DNA of 45,920 nt. It comes from Actinomycetota bacterium. GTDB taxonomy: Bacteria > Actinomycetota > Acidimicrobiia > Spongiisociales > UBA5794. Location of the stretch: positions 1 to 45,920 of the forward strand of contig JASJYA010000002.1 of NCBI GenBank assembly GCA_030125685.1, given 5' to 3'. Below the pieces are notes generated by a model that did not search any database, was not told the origin of the DNA, and worked only from the letters and a program-made list of their open reading frames with translations. The stretch's first letter is position 1. Each line of letters opens with the position of its first letter. Shown here one piece after another: positions 33,159-41,853 of the stretch. The translations under genes were made by a program, and so were the position numbers.

Positions 33159-34283
33159 ATGACCAACTTTCGAGGCGCAGTGCTGCGCGAGCGCGGTCTT
33201 CCTCGACCCTATGTCGAGTCCCGCCCCCTCAAGATCGTCGAACTCGAACTGCCCGATCCGGGATTGGGTGAGTTGCTCGTCGAAGTAGGCGCCGCCAGCC
33301 TGTGCCGGTCCGATCTCTCTGTGGTCACAGGTGCGCGCGTGTGGCCGCTCCCGATGGTGATCGGCCACGAGGCCGCAGGAAAGGTCGCCGCGGTCGGACC
33401 CGGTGTAACAAGCTTCGCACCCGAGGATGACGTCGTGCTTGTCTACCTGCCTCAGTGCGGCGAATGCGTCCGGTGCCGTGGTGGTGAGGCGTGGTTGTGC
33501 GATGTCGGTGCGACGGCAAACCAGAAGGGTGAGCTGCTCACCGGAGGTACTCGCCTTACCCACCACGGCGAAAAGCTCCACCATCACATGGGAGTGGCGG
33601 CCTTCGCCGAGTACACGCTCGTGTCCGAAGCCTCCGCTGTGAAGGTGCCGCCGGGTCTCGCGGCGCGAGACACCTGCATCTTCGGATGCGCCGTGCTCTG
33701 CGGCGCGGGGACCGCGCTCAATACAACCGGGGTCGGTGAGCACGGCTCCGCGGCGGTCGTGGGCTTAGGCGCTGTTGGGCTCTCGGCCATCCTCGGTGCC
33801 AGGGTCGCCGGCGCGGAGCGGATCGTAGCGATCGACCGGCTCGAAGCAAAGCTCGCCTTGGCCGCCTCACTCGGGGCGACCGACGTGCTGGTGGCAGATG
33901 AACAGACAGCGGTCCGCGTTACCGACCTGACGGCAGGAGGCGTCGATCATGCCATCGAAGCCTCTGGCACCTTGGAGGGCTTCGATCTGGCGATGAGGCT
34001 TGTGAGGCGGGGCGGCACAGTGACCACGCTCGGCCTTCCCGGACCGGCAGTCTCTCACGACCTCGAGCTTGCGCCCCTGGTCGCCAACGGTGTGACGATC
34101 CGAGGCAGCTACCTCGGATCGTGCGTCACCTCGCGCGATGTCCCGCGCTTCATCGAGCTGTACCGGGAGGGTCGCTTACCCGCCGACAAGCTCATCTCGC
34201 ACCGCATCGCGCTGGACGACATCAACCTTGCTCTCGATCGTCTCGCCGATGGTGAGGCACTTCGCCAAGTTATCGAGTTCTGA
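33159..34283 (+). CDS. Zn-dependent alcohol dehydrogenase (MDR family; aryl/benzyl-alcohol or class III-like)
   Basis: 374 aa from the ATG at 33159. Present are CRSDLSV..G...PMVIGHEAAGKV, the structural-Zn CGECVRCRGGEAWLC and the Rossmann GLGAVGLSA. Confidence 0.8.
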   Translation: MTNFRGAVLRERGLPRPYVESRPLKIVELELPDPGLGELLVEVGAASLCRSDLSVVTGARVWPLPMVIGHEAAGKVAAVGPGVTSFAPEDDVVLVYLPQCGECVRCRGGEAWLCDVGATANQKGELLTGGTRLTHHGEKLHHHMGVAAFAEYTLVSEASAVKVPPGLAARDTCIFGCAVLCGAGTALNTTGVGEHGSAAVVGLGAVGLSAILGARVAGAERIVAIDRLEAKLALAASLGATDVLVADEQTAVRVTDLTAGGVDHAIEASGTLEGFDLAMRLVRRGGTVTTLGLPGPAVSHDLELAPLVANGVTIRGSYLGSCVTSRDVPRFIELYREGRLPADKLISHRIALDDINLALDRLADGEALRQVIEF

Positions 34284-34433
34284 CGGGAGGAAGCTCGGGC
34301 TAGGAAGTAGTTTTCAGTTCACAGTCAGAAGCTGCTACGCCACAAGCTGCTAATGGTGAGCCCGAGTGCCTCACTTCGCCCAGCGAACACGAAACCGTGA
34401 ACTTTTTCCGGTTTGCATATTTTGGGGCCGGTG

Positions 34434-35744
34434 ATGCAGACTGCTCGCATGGATGTCACGTTCTTCGACCATGAGATTGAGACGCTTCCGAGGGAGCGAC
34501 TGGTCAAGCTTCAGGAGGCGAAGCTCGCCGCGGTGGTGAGAGAAACGTACGGCAGCAATCGTTTCGTTTCCGACAAGCTTGATGCTGCGGGCGCTGCACC
34601 ACAGGACGTGCGCACGCTTGAGGATCTCGTCGGCTTGCCGTTCACCACGAAGGCCGAACTCCTCGCAGCGCAAGATGAGGGACCGATGAGCACCAACTGC
34701 ACCTTCCCCGAGGCGGCTTACACACGGATTCACCAGACATCGGGAACCACGGGTTCACCCCTGCGGGTCTTCGACACACCACAGAGCTGGGACTGGTGGG
34801 GTCGATGCTGGGGGTTCGTGCTTGCGGGCGCCGGGCTTACTGCTGAGGACCGGTTCTTCGTACCCTTCTCTTTCGGTCCATTCATCGGGTTCTGGGCAGC
34901 CGTCGGGGGCGCCGAGAAGATCGGCGCCTTGATGGTCCCTGGAGGGGGTCGCACCTCGGCACAGCGCCTCCAGCTCATGGCGGACCACGGGGTCACTGCA
35001 ATGTGCTGCACCCCAACCTACGCACTGCGACTGGTTGAAGTCGCGGATGAAGAGGGTTTCGACCTGTCGGCGATCCCGATGCGGATCACGGTGCATGCCG
35101 GGGAGCCCGGCGCCAACGTTCCTGCCACAAAGGCCCGGATCGAGGACGCATGGGGGGCGAAGTGCTATGACCACGCCGGGGCTTCGGAGGTGGGGGCCCA
35201 CAGTTTCGAGTGTCAGGCCCAACCCGGGGGGACCCATGCGATCGACAGCGAGTTCATCGTCGAAGTGGTCGATCCCGCCAGCGGACGGGCGGTCTCGCCC
35301 GGCGATGAAGGTGAACTCGTCATCACAAACTTGGGTCGAGTCGCGTTCCCTGTGATCCGATATCGTACCGGTGATATCGTACGGATCGACAACGCTCCGT
35401 GCGCGTGTGGGCGGACCTTCACGCGCTTCGCGGGAGGAGTCATTGGGAGAGCCGACGACATGGTTGTCGTCCGCGGTGTGAATATCTACCCGGCTGCGGT
35501 GGAGAACCTACTGCTGCTTCACGACACGATCGACGAGTTCCGGGTCACGATCACGCGGCGTCACTCGACGGCGGTGATCCTCATCGAGATCGAGTGCCGC
35601 GACGGCGCCAGCGGTGAGGACACTGTGCGTGCCGTGAGAGCGGCATTCGAATCCTCGCTGGGGTTGCGACCGGAGATCGAAATGGCGCCGCGAGGCACTC
35701 TCCCGCGCTTCGAGTTGAAGGCACAACGCTTCTTCATCAAGTGA
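34434..35744 (+). CDS. paaK: Phenylacetate-CoA ligase family protein (PaaK / F390-synthetase-like)
   Basis: Present are LPFTTKAELL, IHQTSGTTGSPLRVFDT, YDHAGASEVG, RYRTGDIV and GRADDMVVVRGVNIYP. The start is ambiguous (TTG 34413, GTG 34431, ATG 34434, ATG 34449). Confidence 0.75.
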   Translation: MQTARMDVTFFDHEIETLPRERLVKLQEAKLAAVVRETYGSNRFVSDKLDAAGAAPQDVRTLEDLVGLPFTTKAELLAAQDEGPMSTNCTFPEAAYTRIHQTSGTTGSPLRVFDTPQSWDWWGRCWGFVLAGAGLTAEDRFFVPFSFGPFIGFWAAVGGAEKIGALMVPGGGRTSAQRLQLMADHGVTAMCCTPTYALRLVEVADEEGFDLSAIPMRITVHAGEPGANVPATKARIEDAWGAKCYDHAGASEVGAHSFECQAQPGGTHAIDSEFIVEVVDPASGRAVSPGDEGELVITNLGRVAFPVIRYRTGDIVRIDNAPCACGRTFTRFAGGVIGRADDMVVVRGVNIYPAAVENLLLLHDTIDEFRVTITRRHSTAVILIEIECRDGASGEDTVRAVRAAFESSLGLRPEIEMAPRGTLPRFELKAQRFFIK

Positions 35745-35803
35745 TGTCACTGAGGCCATACGGTCGCGTCACGGGCGTCTCTCTGTGACGGCGAGTGGTC
35801 AGC

Positions 35804-35818
35804 AGTTCACAGTGAACT
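35804..35818. promoter_or_regulatory. Perfect 15-bp palindrome AGTTCAC-A-GTGAACT between paaK and the ABC-transporter operon
   Basis: Read directly. It is flanked by GACGG (35787-35791) and CCGTC (35820-35824). The same half-sites occur separately upstream of paaK (AGTTCAC 34316-34322; GTGAACT 34397-34403). It could be an operator or part of a terminator hairpin. Confidence 0.4.
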
Positions 35819-35867
35819 TCCGTCGCCCTTGCATCGTTTGGACGCGACTGCTACGGTGGATTCACAT

Positions 35868-35881
35868 ACCGGCCAGTCGGT
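35868..35881 (+). promoter_or_regulatory. Operator-like site ACCGGCCAGTCGGT, site 2 of the recurrent motif
   Basis: It matches 10887-10900 at 13/14 positions. It directly follows a promoter-like TTGGAC (35838-35843) - N17 - TTCACAT, and lies 80 nt upstream of the binding-protein ATG. Confidence 0.45.
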
Positions 35882-35960
35882 TTCCAAATGTCCGACAACA
35901 GAGACTGGGCCTCGCTAGCACATCGACGAAGCATTCATCTGCGAAAAGGAGACATCAATC

Positions 35961-37253
35961 ATGAAGCGTTACCGGCCAATCATCGTGAGCCTTACCTTGG
36001 CACTGGCGCTCGTGCTCAGTGCATGCGGCGGGACAGACGAACCCGCCGACACCACAACCGGCGCGGCGGAAACGACCACCACAGCCCCTGCCGCAACCCC
36101 GACTACCGCCGCAACCCCGACTACCGCCGCAACCCCGGTGAGTACCGAGCCGATCAAGATCGGTCTCCTCACTTCGCTGACCGCGACCTTCGCGCCTTGG
36201 GGCATATCGGTCCGCGACGGAATGCGGCTCGCCGTGAAAGAGATCAACGCGGCCGGGGGCGTGGATGGACGAATGCTCGAGCTGATCGAACGCGACGACC
36301 AGTCGAATCCTGAGGAAGGGGTGAAAGGTCTCGAACGGCTCATCGAAGATGGCGTTGTTGCCGCCGGCGGTGTGATCTCGAGCGATGTCGGTCTAGCGAC
36401 GGCGCGAGTCGCCGAAGAGCTAAAGGTTCCGCTCTTCCTTGTCAAGGCCGGCTCCGACGCTATCCTCACGACCGAGAGCCGCTATACGTTCCGTACCTGC
36501 CTACCTGCTGCACCCATGGTCGCCGGTCCCGTGGCTCAGTATGTCGTGAGCACCGGGGTCACGAAGGTCGGCGCCATCATCGCCGACTACGCGTGGGGAC
36601 AAGCCGTGAAGTCGGCACTTGAGAACGAATTCGCCGGTCTTGAGGGAGTCGAACTCCAGATTGAGGTGGCGCCGGTGTCCGAGAAGGACTTCGCGGCCTA
36701 TCTCAGGCGACTCGACGATTTCGGGGCCGAGATCATCGTTGCCACGGGTCACCCGCCGGGAGGCGTGTCGATCACAAAGCAAACCGGCGATTTCGGGATG
36801 GATCTAGCGGTCACCGGTTCATGGAACCCTTTGGGGTTGATTGTGGGTGCGGTCGGCGACCAAGCGTTTGATCGATACGCGGACTTCGCTTGCGTCGACT
36901 ATGACAGCGCCGAATACCAGGATCTCGCTCGCAGATACCTCGCGTTCTCCGAGAACACATTCATGGAGGACGACGCTGTTGCAGGATTCGGCATGGTGCA
37001 TGCGATCGCCGAGGCTGTCGGCGAGGTCGGCGACGACCCCGTGGCCGTGGCCGCGTACCTGCACGCCAACACCTTCGACATTCCGGGGTACTCATTCTCG
37101 TTGAGTTGGACCGAATGGGGCGAGATCGCAGCCGCCCAGCCAACGTTCGTGGTGATCCGTGAACAGGAGCCGCCCGAAGGTGTCAGTCCAGGGGCCAACT
37201 GGTATCCAGAACTCCTTCTGTTGTCGGAGCCTCTTGAGCCGTACGTCCCATAG
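35961..37253 (+). CDS. ABC transporter substrate-binding lipoprotein, LivK/Peripla_BP_6 family (probably an aromatic-acid binder)
   Basis: 430 aa. The signal peptide carries a lipobox (LVLSAC), followed by a Thr/Ala/Pro linker and a type I periplasmic-binding fold (IKIGLLTSLTATFAPWG...). Confidence 0.85.
   Translation: MKRYRPIIVSLTLALALVLSACGGTDEPADTTTGAAETTTTAPAATPTTAATPTTAATPVSTEPIKIGLLTSLTATFAPWGISVRDGMRLAVKEINAAGGVDGRMLELIERDDQSNPEEGVKGLERLIEDGVVAAGGVISSDVGLATARVAEELKVPLFLVKAGSDAILTTESRYTFRTCLPAAPMVAGPVAQYVVSTGVTKVGAIIADYAWGQAVKSALENEFAGLEGVELQIEVAPVSEKDFAAYLRRLDDFGAEIIVATGHPPGGVSITKQTGDFGMDLAVTGSWNPLGLIVGAVGDQAFDRYADFACVDYDSAEYQDLARRYLAFSENTFMEDDAVAGFGMVHAIAEAVGEVGDDPVAVAAYLHANTFDIPGYSFSLSWTEWGEIAAAQPTFVVIREQEPPEGVSPGANWYPELLLLSEPLEPYVP
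36089..36140 (+). repeat. 18-bp tandem repeat (about 2.9 copies of cgccgcaaccccgactac) encoding the AATPTT linker of the lipoprotein
   Basis: Read directly. The repeat is in frame and encodes a low-complexity linker after the lipobox. Confidence 0.8.
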
Positions 37254-37260
37254 TCAGTGG

Positions 37261-38004
37261 ATGGCGATTCTTAATCTGGAGAACGTGCACAAGCACTTCG
37301 GCGGCCTCCCGGCCGTTGACGGGGTGACGTTGGGGGTCGACGATGGCGAGATTCTCGCCATCGTCGGCCCGAACGGCGCGGGGAAAAGCACACTGCTCAA
37401 GTCGATCATCGGGGTGCTGAAACTGACGAGTGGCGCGATCAAGTTCGAGAACGTCGATATCACCAAGATGTCAACGCATCGGATTCGTCAGTCCGGAGTC
37501 GCGATGGTGCTGCAAACTCCACGGGTCTTCCCGTCTCTCACCGTGGAAGAGAACGTGATGGTTGGAGCCATGTTCGGCAAGAAGGCGAAGACATTTTCCG
37601 AGTTCGAGGCCTACGACGAGGCCGGTGCGATGCTCGACTTTGTGGGATTGCGGGACAAGAGCAAGCTCGCGGTGGATCAGTTGAACCTGCATGAACAGCG
37701 CCAAGTTGATTTCGCCAGAGCGCTAACGGGCCGGCCACGGCTGCTCCTTCTCGATGAAGTGATGGCCGGCTTGAACCCCACAGAGACCCACGCGTCGATC
37801 GAGATGATCCGAAGCGCCCGAGACCGCCTGGGCGTCACGATCATCTGGGTCGAACATGTGATGAAAGCGGTGATGAACCTCGCCGAGCGCGTCGTCGTGC
37901 TGGATTTCGGGAAACTGCTTGCCGATGGGCGCCCGGAGACGGTGATGCGTGACCCGGGTGTGATCGAAGCATATCTGGGGAAGGAAGTGCTGCCGGATGC
38001 TTGA
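37261..38004 (+). CDS. ABC transporter ATP-binding protein (LivG type)
   Basis: 247 aa with Walker A GPNGAGKST, Walker B LLLLDEVMAGLNP and a typical LivG C-terminus (DPGVIEAYLG). Confidence 0.85.
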   Translation: MAILNLENVHKHFGGLPAVDGVTLGVDDGEILAIVGPNGAGKSTLLKSIIGVLKLTSGAIKFENVDITKMSTHRIRQSGVAMVLQTPRVFPSLTVEENVMVGAMFGKKAKTFSEFEAYDEAGAMLDFVGLRDKSKLAVDQLNLHEQRQVDFARALTGRPRLLLLDEVMAGLNPTETHASIEMIRSARDRLGVTIIWVEHVMKAVMNLAERVVVLDFGKLLADGRPETVMRDPGVIEAYLGKEVLPDA

Positions 38005-38695
38005 GATTTCAGATCTTTCGGCTGGGTACGACTCCAAAGACGTCGTTCTTGGCGTGTCGATCGACGTCCGTGAAGGCGAGGTTGTCGCCATCATCGGCTC
38101 CAACGGGGCGGGAAAGACCACCTTCTTGAAGGCCGTCTGCGGACTGCTTCCCGTATCTGCAGGCGAGGTGCGATATGAAGGCAGGTCGATCACCGACCTC
38201 GCCATCCACGAGATCGCACGCGCAGGCATCTCGTTCGTGCCTGCGGGACGACACCTCTTTCCGGAGATGACTGTCGCCGAGAACCTCGGCCTCGGGGCGT
38301 ATCCCCACCGACCCGAAGCTGGCCAGCAGTCGGTGGTGTTCGATCTCTTCCCCCGGCTCGCGGAGCGCCGTCGCCAAGCGGCGGGGACGATGAGCGGCGG
38401 CGAGCAGCAGATGCTCGCGGTCGGCCGCGCCCTGATGTCTCGTCCGCGCCTGCTCATCCTCGACGAGCCCACGGCGGGTCTCGCTCCCAAACTCGCCGCC
38501 CAGGCATACGAGTCGCTCGCCGCGCTGCGTACCCAGGGCATGACGATCCTGGTGGCCGAACAGCAGGTTCCGCTCGTCCTCAGCCTCGCCGATCGAGGAT
38601 ACGTGATGGAGACTGGTGCGATACAGCTCCAGGGTTCGGCCGCCGAACTGAGGGATAACCCGACCGTCCGACGCGCCTACCTAGGAGTCGCGTGA
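37997..38695 (+). CDS. ABC transporter ATP-binding protein (LivF type)
   Basis: 232 aa with Walker A GSNGAGKTT, signature MSGGEQQML, Walker B LLILDEPTAGLAP and the terminal VRRAYLG. Confidence 0.88.
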   Translation: MLEISDLSAGYDSKDVVLGVSIDVREGEVVAIIGSNGAGKTTFLKAVCGLLPVSAGEVRYEGRSITDLAIHEIARAGISFVPAGRHLFPEMTVAENLGLGAYPHRPEAGQQSVVFDLFPRLAERRRQAAGTMSGGEQQMLAVGRALMSRPRLLILDEPTAGLAPKLAAQAYESLAALRTQGMTILVAEQQVPLVLSLADRGYVMETGAIQLQGSAAELRDNPTVRRAYLGVA

Positions 38696-39549
38696 CTGCG
38701 GCAATCCTCGACGGAATCGTGCTCGGCCTCCAGTTCGGCATTCTGGGTGTGGGCCTCACCATCATGTACGGCCTGGGTGGAGTGCTCAACCTGGCATACG
38801 GATCAATGGCCGTTGTCGCGGCCGTTGTCGTGTCATTCAGCATGAGATCGGGGCTGCCGGCCGGTCTGGCCGTGTTGCTCGGCATCCTCACCGCGGCCGG
38901 AATCGGATTGGCGCTCAACCTCACCATCCTGAAGCCCGTTTATCGAAGACAGGGCGAGGCTCGGGTTCTCCTCAGCCTGATACTGACCATCGGCGTCGCC
39001 TTCATCATCGATGGATTCCTCGTCTGGCGTTTCCCTATCGAGGTTCTGAGTTTGAGCATCGGTGGGAATCCGGTTTTGATACTCGGCGTGCCGATGCGCA
39101 CGGGCAGCCTCCTGGCTTCCGCGATCACGCTCCTGACGGGCGGCGCTCTCATCTTCTTCTTTCGAGCCACCGTTACCGGCAGAGCTGTGCGATCGGTGAT
39201 CCAGGACGAGGTAGGCGCCCAGCTGTGCGGGGTGAATCCGGCGACGACGCGCACGTTGATCTTCACATTGAGCGGGGCTCTTGTCGGCCTCGTCGTTGTC
39301 ATGCAATCGATGACCAGCCCCGTGCCGATCAGCGCTGGATTCGAGATCACGATCCTGGCGCTCATAGTCACGGTTGTTGGAGGTCTCGGCAGTATTCGCG
39401 GCGCCATGTTGGCCGGCCTCATCCTGGGCGTAGTCCATGCAATGAGTTCGTTTTACATCGGTTCCTACATCACGACGATTATTCTGCTGGCCGCGGCAGC
39501 CTTCACGATCCTGCTTCGTCCCTCCGGACTCTTCGGTAAACACGCATGA
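38692..39549 (+). CDS. Branched-chain-type ABC transporter permease (LivH type)
   Basis: 285 aa, multi-TM, starting MYGLGGVLNLAYGSM, with a typical LivH layout. A 4-nt overlap joins it to livF. Confidence 0.85.
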   Translation: MTAAILDGIVLGLQFGILGVGLTIMYGLGGVLNLAYGSMAVVAAVVVSFSMRSGLPAGLAVLLGILTAAGIGLALNLTILKPVYRRQGEARVLLSLILTIGVAFIIDGFLVWRFPIEVLSLSIGGNPVLILGVPMRTGSLLASAITLLTGGALIFFFRATVTGRAVRSVIQDEVGAQLCGVNPATTRTLIFTLSGALVGLVVVMQSMTSPVPISAGFEITILALIVTVVGGLGSIRGAMLAGLILGVVHAMSSFYIGSYITTIILLAAAAFTILLRPSGLFGKHA

Positions 39550-40583
39550 CTACTGAAGATGTCAACTCCGTGTCCGGAACCTCCGGCGTCCTGAGGGGAC
39601 GTAGGAAGGATCGGCGAGTGTCGAACCTGGTGGCCCTCACTTCTATCGCCGTCGCGGGAATTGTCTTGGCTCTCCTGCCGATCTGGATCGGCGACTCGCG
39701 CAGCCACATGAGTGTCGCGATCTCCGGGTTGCTCTTCGTCTGCTACGCCATCGCGTTTAACCTGATCTTCGGCAGCACTGGGCAGCTCTTCCTGGCGGTC
39801 GGGGCGCTCGCCGGGGTCGGAGCCTATGCCTCGGCGATCATCAGCGATCGCTTGGGCGTACCGTTCCCACTCGCCATGATGCTCGCCACCGGATTGTCGA
39901 TGCTCATTGGCGGCGGGTTCAGCTGGATCGCCGTCCGTCGATCGCTCGACATCATCTTCACCGGAATCGTCACACTGGTATTTTCTCTGGCCTTCGACAA
40001 CATCCTTCTCGGACAGCGAGATCTCACAGGGGGAGAGACCGGGCTCGTCGTCGAAGCAGGGTCGGACACGTTCCTCCGCCAGCAAATTCCTCCGTACTAC
40101 GTGTTCCTCGGCCTCGTGCTCATCTATCTCGTTGGCTACGTTCTGCTCCACAGCTCGCACATCGGGTGGGCCTTCCGGGCGCTCCGAGACGATAGGATGG
40201 CAGCAGAGCTGACGGGTATCGACGTTTCCAGATACCGGATCTACGCTGGTGTGATCGGAGGCGGGATGCTCGGCTTGGCCGGGGCTTTGTGGGCCCACGT
40301 TGAAGGCTTCATCAGCCCGGCGACGTTCACCTTCATCCACGTCGATGTTCCCGTACTCCTGATGGTGGTGTTCGGGGGACTCGGCATGCTGATGGGTCCT
40401 GTGATTGGGTCGGCCTTCTTCACCTACATGGGGGAGGTGCTGGCCGCGTTCAGCCATCTGCGGCTCATCGGCGAGGGAACGATGCTCATCGTGCTGTTTC
40501 TCCTCCTCCCCAAGGGGATCCTCGGCGCTCTGCGCTCCGGCGCTAGCGGATTACGGAGGAGACGACAGACATCGAAACGGTAG
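39546..40583 (+). CDS. Branched-chain-type ABC transporter permease (LivM type)
   Basis: 345 aa, multi-TM, with NLIFGSTGQLFLAVGALAGVGAY...RALRDDRMAAELTGID. Confidence 0.85.
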   Translation: MTTEDVNSVSGTSGVLRGRRKDRRVSNLVALTSIAVAGIVLALLPIWIGDSRSHMSVAISGLLFVCYAIAFNLIFGSTGQLFLAVGALAGVGAYASAIISDRLGVPFPLAMMLATGLSMLIGGGFSWIAVRRSLDIIFTGIVTLVFSLAFDNILLGQRDLTGGETGLVVEAGSDTFLRQQIPPYYVFLGLVLIYLVGYVLLHSSHIGWAFRALRDDRMAAELTGIDVSRYRIYAGVIGGGMLGLAGALWAHVEGFISPATFTFIHVDVPVLLMVVFGGLGMLMGPVIGSAFFTYMGEVLAAFSHLRLIGEGTMLIVLFLLLPKGILGALRSGASGLRRRRQTSKR

Positions 40584-40693
40584 CCGCGACTACGCTCGCC
40601 GCGGTAGCGACCGGGCGGCGGCGCCCCCTCAGGCTCGCAGAAGGCCGTTCGTCTGGTTCTTGTTGCTGATGTGGAGGGTGAGGGACTGGTCCG

Positions 40694-41833
40694 TCACTGC
40701 GTGGTGGTCCCAGATGTGACAGCGCTTCTGCGAATGTATGCCGTGCCCTCGGCGAGCCGACGTGCGGTTCGTTGGTAGGTGGCTTCCTCAACGGACCAAC
40801 TCCCTCCTTCGCGGCTCACCCGTACCGAGACAGGCATCACACCGGATGTGTGTCCGATGTTGATCTGATTAGGAACTCTCCGGACCCGCCTGGTGACGGC
40901 ATTCACTGTCGTTCCATCCATGAGCGCGGCAATGCCCGTGCACGCACCGAGCGTTCCGGGGTATGCCTTGTGGAGCGCTGGAGGCCTGCCACCGACCACA
41001 CGTGCGACAAGGTCGACATCGTCAGATGTCACCTCCTGTCCTGTGGCGACGTTGACGTAGGAACCAGGTGGAGACACGATCGCTGGCACAGGTGTGAGCC
41101 CGTCGGTTGGCATGCCGAGCAGCCGTGCAGCCGCATCCTTGACGGCTGACACGGAACGAAGGTGCTCTTCGCTGAATTCGGCTGGACCTTCTCTCCCGGT
41201 CATACCGATCGCCTCGGCGCGGAAGAAGACCGTGAGGTTGGCCAGATCCATGATCGTGGCCTCGATGGGTCCTATGTCGGCCTTGAGCACGTCGATCTCG
41301 TTGCCTGTTGGAAGAAGCGACCCGGTGATGCCTCCGGCCGTCTGAGCGAAGTCGAGAGCGATCGGGGCGCCGGTGCCTGGCACCCCATGTACCGCATACG
41401 TGCCCTCGACACCTGCGGCGCCGTCCACGATCGGCACTTTCGCCAGGAGTACGCGCCCAGTGTTGGTGTTGTGGATACGGACCGTTGTGACGGGTTCTAC
41501 GGCTGCAACCAGTCCTTCGTCGATCGCGTAGGCACCAACTGCCGCTGATATGTTGCCGCAATTGATGTCGTAGTCGACTACGGCTTCGGTGATGCTCACC
41601 TGGGCGAACGTGTAGTCCAGATCTGCGTCAGGTCGGCTAGGCGCACCGATGATCGCCAGTTTGCTCGTCAGCAGATCCGCCCCGCCGAGGCCATCCACCT
41701 GGCGCGGATCAGGGCTACCGAACAGGGAGAGGATCAGTGTGTCCCTCAGCTCCCTCTCCGCAGGCAGCGTGTCAGAGCGCAAGAACACGGCCTTGCTTGT
41801 CCCACCGCGCATCAACACGAAGGGAAGAGACAT
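40694..41833 (-). CDS. PrpF-family isomerase (2-methylaconitate isomerase / 4-oxalomesaconate tautomerase / methylitaconate isomerase family)
   Basis: 379 aa from the ATG at 41833 (SD AAGGAG), with the N-terminal signature PFVLMRGGTSKAVF and a diaminopimelate-epimerase-like fold. The longer ORF would overlap the upstream thiolase gene. Confidence 0.75.
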   Translation of the reverse strand: MSLPFVLMRGGTSKAVFLRSDTLPAERELRDTLILSLFGSPDPRQVDGLGGADLLTSKLAIIGAPSRPDADLDYTFAQVSITEAVVDYDINCGNISAAVGAYAIDEGLVAAVEPVTTVRIHNTNTGRVLLAKVPIVDGAAGVEGTYAVHGVPGTGAPIALDFAQTAGGITGSLLPTGNEIDVLKADIGPIEATIMDLANLTVFFRAEAIGMTGREGPAEFSEEHLRSVSAVKDAAARLLGMPTDGLTPVPAIVSPPGSYVNVATGQEVTSDDVDLVARVVGGRPPALHKAYPGTLGACTGIAALMDGTTVNAVTRRVRRVPNQINIGHTSGVMPVSVRVSREGGSWSVEEATYQRTARRLAEGTAYIRRSAVTSGTTTQ

Positions 41834-41853
41834 CTGCTCCTTTGACGCTGTTG

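Noticed and set aside
36089-36140. Tandem repeats (36089-36140, 4760-4825, 618-645), considered as a possible CRISPR array.
   Set aside because: The units are 7 or 18 bp with no spacers, which is far from CRISPR repeat/spacer geometry. No cas genes are present.
40584-40693. A convergent terminator between livM and prpF.
   Set aside because: Only short GC stems (for example GGGCG-gcgg-CGCCC) without U-tracts were found, which is not convincing enough to annotate.
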